In this document: positions 29,000-37,714 of the stretch, piece after piece
How the letters are laid out: each line of letters starts with the position of its first letter
How positions within the stretch are numbered: position 1 is the stretch's first letter
Virus record (IMG/VR): IMGVR_UViG_3300032303_002590
Source of the DNA: a virus
Lineage: Duplodnaviria > Caudoviricetes
DNA: 64,000 nt
Direction: 5' to 3' (one strand)
Notes under the pieces: generated by a model
Database searches by the model: none
Told to the model about the DNA's origin: nothing
The model's input: the letters and a program-made list of their open reading frames with translations, nothing else
Translations under genes and position numbers: made by a program

Positions 29000-29425
29000 A
29001 TGTTATACAGTGTTTCAAATACTTGGAAATGTGGATTTATGGAAGATTACACGGCACATTCTAAAGGTGCATTAGAATTAGACCCAACTAATATTTTAAT
29101 TTCAATTGTTAGTCCCTTTAGATATGAAGTGAAATCATTACTAAAACCCGGTATAGCAATTCTACAAGGTAAAAAGTATATTACACCTGGATTCATGCCA
29201 TGTCATCCAAACACTGAATTAAGTGATATAAAATGGATCCCGAAAATATCAAAACAAGAACAAGTAAAAGAAATTGATACTTGGAGATTCAAATCATCTA
29301 GTGGAGATGGAGAATACGTTACTAAACGAAATGGGTTCAAATTCACTTGCAATTGCCCAGGTGTATGGAGAGCTAAGGATAGAGAATGTAAACATATAAA
29401 AGAAGTAAAGGGTTTGGTTAAGTAA
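29000..29425 (+). CDS. SWIM zinc-finger protein
   Basis: YVTK..FTCNCPG..ECKHI. Confidence 0.8.
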   Translation: MLYSVSNTWKCGFMEDYTAHSKGALELDPTNILISIVSPFRYEVKSLLKPGIAILQGKKYITPGFMPCHPNTELSDIKWIPKISKQEQVKEIDTWRFKSSSGDGEYVTKRNGFKFTCNCPGVWRAKDRECKHIKEVKGLVK

Positions 29426-29443
29426 GATTTTTTTCGTATATTA
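29414..29443 (+). promoter_or_regulatory. early promoter
   Basis: TTGGT 29414; core 29433. Confidence 0.72.
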
Positions 29444-29473
29444 TATTATATTAATAATTAAAATAATAATGTT

Positions 29474-29644
29474 ATGTTAAATAAAATTTACACATTAGAA
29501 AAAGAATATTTTTTAAACAATTACAAATATTTAATTCTAGAACATAAAGATGATTGTATTAAAATAATTTTAAACGATACTCAAGTAGATTTATTTTATT
29601 ATGGTCCAAGAATTGCTTACCATTTTATTCATATATTAAATTAA
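29474..29644 (+). CDS. hypothetical protein, 56 aa (not in ORF track)
   Basis: GTTATG start after promoter; MLNKIYTLEKEY. Confidence 0.55.
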   Translation: MLNKIYTLEKEYFLNNYKYLILEHKDDCIKIILNDTQVDLFYYGPRIAYHFIHILN

Positions 29645-29654
29645 TATAAATGTT

Positions 29655-30020
29655 ATGGAAAAGAAAATAGAACGTAGAGGTAGAATAGCTGAGAATGATA
29701 CTCTTATTTTACAATATACACAAGAATTTAAAGAACATACTGGTGAAACATTCACTTGGGAATGGGATAAAACCAAATTCCCTAATGGTCCACTTTCAGT
29801 TGAAATAAAAGACCCACAATGGGCTCAATATGATAAGAAAGAAAAACAACTAGTTGAATTATTAGCTAAATATGAATTTAAAAAAGGTGAACGTAAACCA
29901 CGTGTTACTAAAGTTGATAAAGAATTAATTGAACAACTAGAACATGAAATGGATGAAATATTTTATTCATTTTACCCCGAAGACCGACCTAAACAACGTA
30001 AATCCAGAAAAACCAAATAG
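29655..30020 (+). CDS. hypothetical protein
   Basis: 121-aa ORF, GTTATG start. Confidence 0.7.
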   Translation: MEKKIERRGRIAENDTLILQYTQEFKEHTGETFTWEWDKTKFPNGPLSVEIKDPQWAQYDKKEKQLVELLAKYEFKKGERKPRVTKVDKELIEQLEHEMDEIFYSFYPEDRPKQRKSRKTK

Positions 30021-30329
30021 ATGAAAGTAAAAAAATTAACTTTAAAGGACACAGACGAAGTAATAGATTATACTGAAAACAATCCTGATATTATTTATAC
30101 TCAAACCTATGATATATTAAATCATACTTGGAAGAAGAGTAAAAAAATATCAATGGTTGATCTATTTATTATCACTTTAACTGATGATGAAGAAATGGAT
30201 GAAGTTGTATTAACAGTTAATTCTGATGAATGGGAACCTGCTTTAGAAATGGCATTAGTATATTTTGAAGAAGTAGAAAATTATGAAATGTGTTCAAGTA
30301 TTCAAAAATTATTAGAAACTATAAATTAA
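30021..30329 (+). CDS. acidic protein with C-terminal UVR-like motif
   Basis: ALVYFEEVENYEMCSSIQKLL. Confidence 0.68.
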   Translation: MKVKKLTLKDTDEVIDYTENNPDIIYTQTYDILNHTWKKSKKISMVDLFIITLTDDEEMDEVVLTVNSDEWEPALEMALVYFEEVENYEMCSSIQKLLETIN

Positions 30330-30336
30330 ATTAAAA

Positions 30337-30540
30337 ATGAGTTATTTTCAAGCAACAGTAGAAATCATTGATTTCACAGACAAAGGTAAACAAATTAAAA
30401 TGAGAGAACAGTATTTAGTAGATGCAGTTTCTGTTACAGAAGCAGAAGTAAAAATTACTAAATTATTTGAATCCGAAGGTGGGCAAGCAGATTTTCAAGT
30501 TAAAATTGTTAAGGAAACAAAAATATTGCAGGTAATATAA
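30337..30540 (+). CDS. DUF4494-like protein
   Basis: EQYLVDAVSVTEAE motif. Confidence 0.72.
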   Translation: MSYFQATVEIIDFTDKGKQIKMREQYLVDAVSVTEAEVKITKLFESEGGQADFQVKIVKETKILQVI

Positions 30541-30577
30541 TCACCCACTCCTATATATATCCCTCCATATATACGCC

Positions 30578-30790
30578 ATGAAACAATTATTCAAATTTAA
30601 CGATAAACTCTATGTTGTAGTACGTAACGTACCTACCCACAACTTTGAAAACAAAGATGGGAGTATAAACATGGAGGTACTTAAAACATGGAGGGATCAT
30701 GTAGGGTGTGATCACGTTATAAAACATAATGATCATTATTTATTAGTACAAACAATACAAGAAGCAGAAATAGATGAAAACAGTAATTAA
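30578..30790 (+). CDS. hypothetical protein
   Basis: 70-aa ORF overlapping thioredoxin start. Confidence 0.65.
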   Translation: MKQLFKFNDKLYVVVRNVPTHNFENKDGSINMEVLKTWRDHVGCDHVIKHNDHYLLVQTIQEAEIDENSN

Positions 30791-31025
30791 ATACGGAGCT
30801 GCATGGTGTGGACCATGTAAAATGTATGCTCCAACATTCAATAAAGTAGCAAGTGAAGTTCCGGGAGTATCATTTCAATCAATAGATGTAGATTCGGGTG
30901 ATCCAAGAATAATTGAACACGGAGTTAGAAACGTTCCAACTACAGTTGTAGTAGAAAATGGAGTTGTTATTAACCGTCAAAGTGGAAACATGAGCGCAGA
31001 TCAATTAAAAGCGCTAATAGGGTAA
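30774..31025 (+). CDS. thioredoxin
   Basis: WCGPC active site, VPT cis-Pro. Confidence 0.92.
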   Translation: MKTVIKYGAAWCGPCKMYAPTFNKVASEVPGVSFQSIDVDSGDPRIIEHGVRNVPTTVVVENGVVINRQSGNMSADQLKALIG

Positions 31026-31032
31026 TATTTAT
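31025..31032 (+). promoter_or_regulatory. putative late promoter ATATTTAT
   Basis: intergenic motif copy. Confidence 0.55.
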
Positions 31033-31049
31033 TACCACAGTATGAATTC

Positions 31050-32291
31050 ATGGCAAAATTAAAAGACGTATTACCTCAAATACCCAAAGACGAATTAGCG
31101 ATTCTAAGAACGTTAAATCAAGAATTATCTAAAGAATTAACAGAAGCATCTACTAAAGATGTTGCTCAAGCTGTTAAAACTATCGTTTCAGGATGGAAAG
31201 GATGGAGTAAAGCAATGTTGTTAGCTTTAATGCTAACACCAAATATTGCTACTGCCTTAGAGACTTATTCACCTTCAACTTATAATGACATTCAAACTGA
31301 AATATCAGCAACTGATAATAAAGCAGCTCAACCAACAGCTCAAGTACCTGGAGCAATTAAAACAATAAGTTTTGGAGAAAATTTTCCGAGTGGGAAAGCA
31401 ACTCTAGTTAATAAAGATAATTTAATTCAGAAAGTTACAGAAATGAAGAACTTTTTGAATGGTAAGGATGCTTCTAAATTTAAAGTTGTAATTGAAGCAG
31501 GTGAATCTCAAGTAACTAATCCTAAAGGGTATGAAAAGAAAAGTGCAAATGACGCTCCACTAGCACGAGCAAGAGCACAGGCAGTTGAAGATGTAATTAA
31601 AGGGTTAGGGTTTAATAATATTGATATTCAAACTAAGGTAGGTACAACACCCTACAAGCCAGGAAATAACCCAGCCGATGAGAATTATACAAGAGAACAA
31701 TTCGTTACTATAAACATTATAGCAGATAATGATATCTGTAATATGGATGATGTTGATAAAAATGAAGGTCAAGGAGTAGCTTCAAATGATTATGTAACTT
31801 ATGATGATTATATTAGTGGTGTAGGAGAATTGATATTAGATACTGGTACAATACCTGATAGAATGGTTGTATTGGATGCAAACGGCAATATAAAACAGGA
31901 TACAGGGTATATAACTACTAAAAAAAGTAAATATCCACAATGGGAATATACTCCAGCATATGTACTAGCATTAACAAAGGCTTATTTAGCTAAAAGTCCA
32001 TCAATGAAGGGTATTGATCCCCAAACTGTAATAACTGTAACAGATTATGATGATTTAGTAAAACAAATATCAAATACTGCTAAACCGGATGTTATTGGAG
32101 ATGAAATAGGGCCGGCATTAAATCAAATGAGGAAAATGATTCAGAAAGGGCAAAAACAATTTGTTATATATACTAATGGAGCCTCTCCATCAAAATTAAA
32201 ATTTGATCAAAATAAAGGAGAAGTTCAAGCTAAAGTTTATTCACCTGTAGGTAAAACAGGATATAAGATAACAGGTAGTTGTAAAAGATAA
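31050..32291 (+). CDS. OmpA-C-like (peptidoglycan-binding) domain protein
   Basis: FPSGKATL..IEAGES..LARARAQAV..QFVTINI; hydrophobic segment near aa 52-70. Confidence 0.6.
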   Translation: MAKLKDVLPQIPKDELAILRTLNQELSKELTEASTKDVAQAVKTIVSGWKGWSKAMLLALMLTPNIATALETYSPSTYNDIQTEISATDNKAAQPTAQVPGAIKTISFGENFPSGKATLVNKDNLIQKVTEMKNFLNGKDASKFKVVIEAGESQVTNPKGYEKKSANDAPLARARAQAVEDVIKGLGFNNIDIQTKVGTTPYKPGNNPADENYTREQFVTINIIADNDICNMDDVDKNEGQGVASNDYVTYDDYISGVGELILDTGTIPDRMVVLDANGNIKQDTGYITTKKSKYPQWEYTPAYVLALTKAYLAKSPSMKGIDPQTVITVTDYDDLVKQISNTAKPDVIGDEIGPALNQMRKMIQKGQKQFVIYTNGASPSKLKFDQNKGEVQAKVYSPVGKTGYKITGSCKR

Positions 32292-32314
32292 TCTTAATAA
32301 AATATTTTTGTTAG

Positions 32315-32350
32315 AAGGTTTGCTTATGCAAACCTTTTTTCGTATATTAA
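32315..32350 (+). promoter_or_regulatory. terminator hairpin plus early promoter
   Basis: AAGGTTTGC-TTAT-GCAAACCTT plus T-tract; core 32339. Confidence 0.78.
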
Positions 32351-32370
32351 AGTATAAAAATGAAGAAGTT

Positions 32371-32802
32371 ATGAAAAAGTTATTAGTAATGCTGTTATTT
32401 AGTACAGCAATGTTTTCCCAAACAATTAAAGTAAGAGGTGTTACTTTATCTTATGATAAAGTTCATAAAACAATGATCTTAACCATTCCAGAAAAACTAA
32501 TGAGAGTTTATGATATAGGTAATGAGGTAAAAGTTATGATAAACAAACAATATAGTTTACGTATGATTATAAATGGAATGGATGTAGCAACATATTCAGA
32601 ATACTTTTTACATCAAGGGCATTCTTATGAAAATATGTGGATGTTTTCTACAATTCAACCTGATAATTGTATAGAGGTGAAAAAAAATTATGTGTATAAA
32701 TTTACTAATGTGCAACCCAATGAATATATTTTACAGGTAAGTAATATTTGTGATAATAAATGGGAAAGTAATCAACAGAATTATTCAATTATAATAAATT
32801 AA
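32371..32802 (+). CDS. secreted hypothetical protein
   Basis: start moved to 32371: MKKLLVMLLFSTAMFSQ signal peptide. Confidence 0.72.
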   Translation: MKKLLVMLLFSTAMFSQTIKVRGVTLSYDKVHKTMILTIPEKLMRVYDIGNEVKVMINKQYSLRMIINGMDVATYSEYFLHQGHSYENMWMFSTIQPDNCIEVKKNYVYKFTNVQPNEYILQVSNICDNKWESNQQNYSIIIN

Positions 32803-32803
32803 T

Positions 32804-32926
32804 ATGGTACATGTAATAGTAGGATCAATAGCATTAGGGTGTGTTTTAGGAGGATTCATAATAGGTTTTGGATTAATATTTGAAAATTTAATAAAAAAAA
32901 TTAAAAATGACCGAAAAAACAGGTAA
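32804..32926 (+). CDS. small membrane peptide, 40 aa (not in ORF track)
   Basis: MVHVIVGSIALGCVLGGFIIGFGLIF plus basic tail. Confidence 0.55.
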   Translation: MVHVIVGSIALGCVLGGFIIGFGLIFENLIKKIKNDRKNR

Positions 32927-33176
32927 TACTGAAAAACTAAATTATGATTTTAATACCGCTTCTAATTTGGAAGTGTTTATGATCAATTTAGATGATTGGT
33001 ATCGAGTTACTTCAAGAGAATTTCGTTCATTCAACGGAAAACGACGTATAAACAACGTTGATTATAACGGACCAATATACCATTATGCTACAAATAGACG
33101 TGCTAATAAATCGCTGTTTCCTAAAGGAAAAATAGTAGAGCATAACTGGGTAAGTAAAAGAAGACCTAACGATTAG
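32907..33176 (+). CDS. hypothetical protein
   Basis: 89-aa ORF (WYRVTSREFRSF). Confidence 0.68.
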   Translation: MTEKTGNTEKLNYDFNTASNLEVFMINLDDWYRVTSREFRSFNGKRRINNVDYNGPIYHYATNRRANKSLFPKGKIVEHNWVSKRRPND

Positions 33177-33177
33177 T

Positions 33178-33208
33178 TTGGATTTTGGAGAAAATTTTCG
33201 TATATTTA
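33178..33208 (+). promoter_or_regulatory. early promoter
   Basis: TTGGA 33178; core 33197. Confidence 0.78.
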
Positions 33209-33230
33209 AGTATAAAAAGAAATTAAGGTT

Positions 33231-33467
33231 ATGGAAGAACAAGGGATTATTTTAGAACGAGCAACATTTGAATTCTCACAAGATGGGAATTGTATATCAA
33301 GCTCAGATCAATACGAATCTTTAACAATTGAATGTGAATCATCTTTAGGAATTGATAGAGATGAAGGATGTTTTTATGTTTTGAAAACAGAAAAGTGGTC
33401 AATTGAAGACGAACAAGATTTAAAAAAATTATTTGATAGAATAAGAAAAGTAATAACAAATAAATAA
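33231..33467 (+). CDS. hypothetical protein
   Basis: GGTTATG start after promoter. Confidence 0.7.
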   Translation: MEEQGIILERATFEFSQDGNCISSSDQYESLTIECESSLGIDRDEGCFYVLKTEKWSIEDEQDLKKLFDRIRKVITNK

Positions 33468-33471
33468 AAAA

Positions 33472-33669
33472 ATGAATAAATTAACAATTCTAGGATCAGC
33501 TATTGGGGTGTTATTAGTAACAGCAGTTATTTTAGCTTGGCCTACACAATTATTATGGAATTATTGTTTAGTAGGAGCAGTAAATGGAATTAATCCAATA
33601 GGATTTTGGCAAGCATTAGGAATTACGTTTTTATTTAACATATTATTTAAACCAACAAGTAATAAATAA
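33472..33669 (+). CDS. small membrane protein
   Basis: two hydrophobic segments, IGFWQALG. Confidence 0.68.
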   Translation: MNKLTILGSAIGVLLVTAVILAWPTQLLWNYCLVGAVNGINPIGFWQALGITFLFNILFKPTSNK

Positions 33670-33851
33670 TGGCTGAAAAATATTATCAAGTTGTGTTAAC
33701 CAATGGTAAAACACATACATCAATATATAGAACTATACCTAATGCTATTAAAAATGTAGGTGTAAGTAATATAAAAAAGATTGTTGAGTTAAGAAAAGAA
33801 TTAGTTGAAACTAAGTATTTAGAACAAGTAGGAACACAAAACATAGAATAA
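33669..33851 (+). CDS. hypothetical protein
   Basis: TAATG-coupled. Confidence 0.6.
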   Translation: MAEKYYQVVLTNGKTHTSIYRTIPNAIKNVGVSNIKKIVELRKELVETKYLEQVGTQNIE

Positions 33852-34060
33852 TGCAATTTAGTTTTAAAGGTAAAACATATAGAATGGATGAATCGTATTG
33901 GAAAGGAGATATGCTCAACACATCACCTGAATTTCAGTATGAGCAATTAATTTATTGTATTCAAATAGGTGATTTTAAAACCTTAGAAAATAGAATTACA
34001 AATATGTTAAAATGGGGTGGATTATTAGAAGTAACAAATAAAAATAAAGAAAATGAGTAA
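33851..34060 (+). CDS. hypothetical protein
   Basis: TAATG-coupled. Confidence 0.62.
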   Translation: MQFSFKGKTYRMDESYWKGDMLNTSPEFQYEQLIYCIQIGDFKTLENRITNMLKWGGLLEVTNKNKENE

Positions 34061-34193
34061 GAATTCAGCAAAAAGCAACTACGAACAATTAATGGCTTGG
34101 TTACCAACATTAAATCAACCTAAAGCTAAGGTGGAACAATCAACTACTAAGTTTTCAAAGGCAGACCATTATAAGAAAAGTGGTGTAAAATAA
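34053..34193 (+). CDS. hypothetical protein, 46 aa (not in ORF track)
   Basis: MSKNSAKSNYEQLMAWLPTL fills gap to next promoter. Confidence 0.55.
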   Translation: MSKNSAKSNYEQLMAWLPTLNQPKAKVEQSTTKFSKADHYKKSGVK

Positions 34194-34194
34194 T

Positions 34195-34225
34195 TTGGAG
34201 ATTTAAGATTTTTTTCGTATATTTA
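34195..34225 (+). promoter_or_regulatory. early promoter
   Basis: TTGGA 34195; core 34214. Confidence 0.78.
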
Positions 34226-34253
34226 AGTATAGAAATTTAAAAACATAAAGGTT

Positions 34254-35048
34254 ATGAAAAGTTTAAAAGCATTATCAAGAGAGGAATTAAAATCATTAGC
34301 TCCTTCAATTTTCAATCACACAGTTGGTACAAAATTAACTGAAAAATATGTGCATATTCCAACAGATACAATTGTTGATGATATGGAAGCATTAGGATGG
34401 GTTCCTTATTCAGTAAAAACAGTTCGTTCTAGAGCTAAAAATGCTGCTACTAAGAAACATTTAGTACAGTTTTTTAATCCTGATATCGTTATTAATGACG
34501 AAAAGGGTGAAGCTGACATGTATCCGCAATTATTATTGATCAATTCACATGATGGTTCAACAGCTGTTAAATTTGAAATGGGTGTATTTCGTTTAGTATG
34601 TGAAAATGGTTTAGTTATTAAATCACAGGATTTTGGTGGTTTCAAAATGAGACATATGGGATATTCATTTGAGGATTTACGAGTGTATATTAATCAGTTA
34701 GTTGAAACATTACCAACTGTAGTTGCTAACTTAAACAAGTTTTCACAAGTTGAAATGACACCTGAACAACAATATGAGTTTGCTACTAAAGCAGTTGAAG
34801 CTCGTTTTGGTGAAGAAAAACAATTATCTTCAGATGAAATTGATAACTTACTTTCAGCTGAACGTAAAGAGGATCAAGGTAATTCAGTTTGGGTTGTTAT
34901 GAATCGTGTTCAAGAAAAGTTAACAAATGGTGGATTTAGTTACTTAAATGCTAAAGGTAAACCAAGAAAAGCGAGAGCTATTAAGAACTTTACTCAAGAC
35001 ATTGATTTTAATCAAAAGATTTGGTCATTGATTGAAGAATATGTTTAA
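34254..35048 (+). CDS. DUF932/DUF945 family protein
   Basis: LLLINSHDGS, GVFRLVCENGL, RH, NRVQE. Confidence 0.88.
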   Translation: MKSLKALSREELKSLAPSIFNHTVGTKLTEKYVHIPTDTIVDDMEALGWVPYSVKTVRSRAKNAATKKHLVQFFNPDIVINDEKGEADMYPQLLLINSHDGSTAVKFEMGVFRLVCENGLVIKSQDFGGFKMRHMGYSFEDLRVYINQLVETLPTVVANLNKFSQVEMTPEQQYEFATKAVEARFGEEKQLSSDEIDNLLSAERKEDQGNSVWVVMNRVQEKLTNGGFSYLNAKGKPRKARAIKNFTQDIDFNQKIWSLIEEYV

Positions 35049-35055
35049 AAGTACT

Positions 35056-35092
35056 AAGGAAGGGGATTTTATAATCCCCTTTCGTATATTTA
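35056..35092 (+). promoter_or_regulatory. hairpin plus early promoter
   Basis: AAGGA 35056; AAGGGGATT-TTAT-AATCCCCTT; core 35081. Confidence 0.78.
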
Positions 35093-35119
35093 TCCATAAT
35101 TAAAAAATGATATTTAAAA

Positions 35120-35269
35120 ATGGAACAAAATAAAGGAAATAATCGTAAGTTAGAAAAGGTTCAATTTTCAATGCAGGAAATTTGGGCTGCAAGTAAAACA
35201 AAAGTATTTAAGAATAAAAAGAAATATAACAGAAAGGACTCTAATAAGGGTCCTTTTTATATTTGTTAG
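35120..35269 (+). CDS. ArfA-like alternative ribosome-rescue factor candidate, 49 aa (not in ORF track)
   Basis: MEQNKGNNRKLEKVQFSMQEIWAASKTKVFKNKKKYNRKDSNKGPFYIC; basic VxKNKK..YxRK motif. Confidence 0.5.
   Translation: MEQNKGNNRKLEKVQFSMQEIWAASKTKVFKNKKKYNRKDSNKGPFYIC
35233..35264 (+). terminator. intrinsic terminator inside the 3' end of the 35120 ORF
   Basis: AAAGGACTCT-AATA-AGGGTCCTTT then T-rich tract, upstream of TAG 35267. Confidence 0.72.
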
Positions 35270-35297
35270 GAGATTTAAAAAATCTTTCGTATATTTA
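35267..35297 (+). promoter_or_regulatory. early promoter
   Basis: TAGGA 35267; core 35286. Confidence 0.75.
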
Positions 35298-35319
35298 AGT
35301 ATAATAAGAAATTAAGGTT

Positions 35320-35517
35320 ATGGAAAATAAAGAAGATAATTTTTACAAAGACGTAAAAGAAACAGGTAAAGTATTAATAATTTCAGCAATTATATACTTT
35401 TTTATTAAGTGGTTAAATGCAAGACCTATTAGATGGGTTTGGTTTATAGCAATATGTACAGTATTGTATTTTATTTCAAAAAATACAGGTTATCAATATC
35501 AAATTTTAGAACCATAA
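35320..35517 (+). CDS. small two-TM membrane protein
   Basis: two hydrophobic segments; GGTTATG start. Confidence 0.68.
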   Translation: MENKEDNFYKDVKETGKVLIISAIIYFFIKWLNARPIRWVWFIAICTVLYFISKNTGYQYQILEP

Positions 35518-35528
35518 AAAATTAAATT

Positions 35529-35648
35529 ATGTCACATCCAACAACACAGGAATTTTTAGAGTATTGGACAGAGTTTTATATGAATCAAGGAATTGATTTA
35601 GAGAGAGCAATTGAGTTAGCAGAGAAGGAATTAGATAAGTGGGATTAA
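35529..35648 (+). CDS. small acidic protein, 39 aa (not in ORF track)
   Basis: MSHPTTQEFLEYWTEFY. Confidence 0.55.
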   Translation: MSHPTTQEFLEYWTEFYMNQGIDLERAIELAEKELDKWD

Positions 35649-35661
35649 TTTCGTATATTTA
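35625..35661 (+). promoter_or_regulatory. early promoter
   Basis: AAGGAA 35625; core 35650. Confidence 0.75.
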
Positions 35662-35687
35662 AGTATAAATTTAAAAAATAAAAGGTT

Positions 35688-36428
35688 ATGACAAATCAAT
35701 TAGAATTAGAATTAGGGGTATTAACAGATGTTCAACAAGAACGTGTTAACAGTTTTGTAAAATCTCAAAAATCAGAGGTTGAAAAATTAATTAGTCTTCA
35801 AACTAAAATTGAAGGATTATTAATTAGTGGGGGTTTTAAAGCAGGTATTGACTATATTAATGATTTAGAATATAGTATGGTTAATGAATATAGAAATTTT
35901 GGTTATAGAGAAGATGCATTTACTTCTAATGTAACTTATATGAAATCTTCAGGTGGTTGTAAAATTATATTTAAAAGATATAATAAAAGTTCAAATAAAA
36001 TTGAAGTTAATAAATCAATGGTATATAATGAACATAATAAATTAGAATGTTCAGCTATTACTCCACAGTATAGAGCTTACTTACCATCTTCATTATTTGA
36101 TAAATTATTAGAGAATAATAATAAAGCACAACTTGATTATAATAGTGCTAATCGTGAAAAAACAGTTATTAACTATACTATTGACAAATATAAAATATTA
36201 TTTCCTAATGCTACTGTTAATGTAAGTAATGATTATAGTAAAAATTATAAAGGTAATTATACTGAATTTCCAATTATAACTGTAACATTTGAAAATGGTT
36301 CATATGTTAGTTTTAGATTAGGTTATGAAAATGATAAAGAATTTGTTCATAAGAAATTTGATGCAATTGCTTCAAAATTAACAGCAATTGAATTGTTAAA
36401 TGTATTTAATGATCAAAATATTAAGTAA
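35688..36428 (+). CDS. hypothetical early protein
   Basis: 246-aa cassette ORF. Confidence 0.75.
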   Translation: MTNQLELELGVLTDVQQERVNSFVKSQKSEVEKLISLQTKIEGLLISGGFKAGIDYINDLEYSMVNEYRNFGYREDAFTSNVTYMKSSGGCKIIFKRYNKSSNKIEVNKSMVYNEHNKLECSAITPQYRAYLPSSLFDKLLENNNKAQLDYNSANREKTVINYTIDKYKILFPNATVNVSNDYSKNYKGNYTEFPIITVTFENGSYVSFRLGYENDKEFVHKKFDAIASKLTAIELLNVFNDQNIK

Positions 36429-36430
36429 TT

Positions 36431-36467
36431 AAGGAAGGGGTTTTTAAAACCCCTTTTCGTATATTTA
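36431..36467 (+). promoter_or_regulatory. hairpin plus early promoter
   Basis: AAGGAA 36431; AAGGGGTTTT/AAAACCCCTT; core 36456. Confidence 0.78.
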
Positions 36468-36490
36468 AGTATAATTAAAAAATTAAAATT

Positions 36491-36940
36491 ATGACAAGAT
36501 TATTTAGAGATGTAGATTATTACATCGTACAAGCTTCTAATAGCACACAAAGAGAATTTGAATTAGACTTTGCAGACATCATAGAAGTATATGATGAACA
36601 TGAAACAGAGCTTACTACTGAGTGTGGGAGAACGTTAATCATTCATTGGTATTCAAACGGCTATTATCAAAGTTATCAAGTAATCTATGAGACTGAACAA
36701 ATGTCTAATAGAGTTGACAGAGAGATGATATTAAAGGTTATTGATTTACTTCGGACAATAGAGGTAGATGGAGAAACAATGCAATACATTCTAAACAAGG
36801 TAGGAATGGAAGATCAAATGTTAAGACAATTAATAATGTCTCAACCAATTGAAGAGGTAAGATATTTGATTGAAGAAAGAGAAGAATTAGAAGAGGAATT
36901 TGAATATGAAGGTGATATAGAAGATTTACAAGGGAATTAA
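36491..36940 (+). CDS. acidic hypothetical early protein
   Basis: 149-aa cassette ORF. Confidence 0.72.
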   Translation: MTRLFRDVDYYIVQASNSTQREFELDFADIIEVYDEHETELTTECGRTLIIHWYSNGYYQSYQVIYETEQMSNRVDREMILKVIDLLRTIEVDGETMQYILNKVGMEDQMLRQLIMSQPIEEVRYLIEEREELEEEFEYEGDIEDLQGN

Positions 36941-36967
36941 ATAATCAAATTTAATTTCGTATATTTA
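36931..36967 (+). promoter_or_regulatory. early promoter
   Basis: AGGGAA 36931; core 36956. Confidence 0.75.
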
Positions 36968-37004
36968 AGTATAAGAAAAATTAATAATTTAAAAAATAAA
37001 GGTT

Positions 37005-37316
37005 ATGTGTAAAAAAACAACTCAAAGTGCAAACGGAACATCATTCCACAGTACAACAATTAATGCAAGTGTTAATCAATTAATCAATACTTTTGGTGAA
37101 CCTACCAATCAATATAATACAGGTGAAGATAAAGTAAATTTTGAATGGGTATTAGAAACTGATGAAGGTGATGTATTTACCTTATATGATTGGAAAGAAG
37201 GTCGTCCATTAAGTTCAGATGAAACTATTGAATGGCATATTGGTTCACATTCAAGAGATATTTCAGGTGAAGCTCAATATGAAGTGATGAGAGAATTAGG
37301 TAATTATGTTGAGTAA
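37005..37316 (+). CDS. hypothetical early protein
   Basis: FGEP..DKVNFEW..FTLYDWK..WHIG phage motif. Confidence 0.75.
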   Translation: MCKKTTQSANGTSFHSTTINASVNQLINTFGEPTNQYNTGEDKVNFEWVLETDEGDVFTLYDWKEGRPLSSDETIEWHIGSHSRDISGEAQYEVMRELGNYVE

Positions 37317-37351
37317 GGAATAAGATTTTTAAAATATCTTTCGTATATTTA
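37315..37351 (+). promoter_or_regulatory. early promoter
   Basis: AAGGAA 37315; core 37340. Confidence 0.75.
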
Positions 37352-37377
37352 GGTATCAATAATTAAAAAAGAAAATT

Positions 37378-37653
37378 ATGTCATATAATGAAGTTTTTAG
37401 AAAGAATGCACGTGATTTAGAGGAAGAAAAACAAAACACCTTCCCTTCATGTATCAGTATTATAGAAAAGTTTATTCAAAGTGAAATTGATAAAAACACA
37501 GCATCTAATGAATATATTCTAGCATTAAATGAATGTACAACATTAGAGGACTTGGTTTATGAAGTTGATATGTGGAAAGTTCCTAATGTAATAAAAAATT
37601 ATGGTAGTGTTGCTAATTATATTTTAATGAGTTTAGATAAGGAATATGATTAA
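37378..37653 (+). CDS. hypothetical early protein
   Basis: cassette ORF. Confidence 0.7.
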   Translation: MSYNEVFRKNARDLEEEKQNTFPSCISIIEKFIQSEIDKNTASNEYILALNECTTLEDLVYEVDMWKVPNVIKNYGSVANYILMSLDKEYD

Positions 37654-37675
37654 TAAATAAAAGTTCGTATATTTA
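37639..37675 (+). promoter_or_regulatory. early promoter
   Basis: AAGGAA 37639; core 37664. Confidence 0.75.
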
Positions 37676-37714
37676 ATTATAAGAAAAATTAATAATTTAA
37701 AACAAAAAAAGGTT

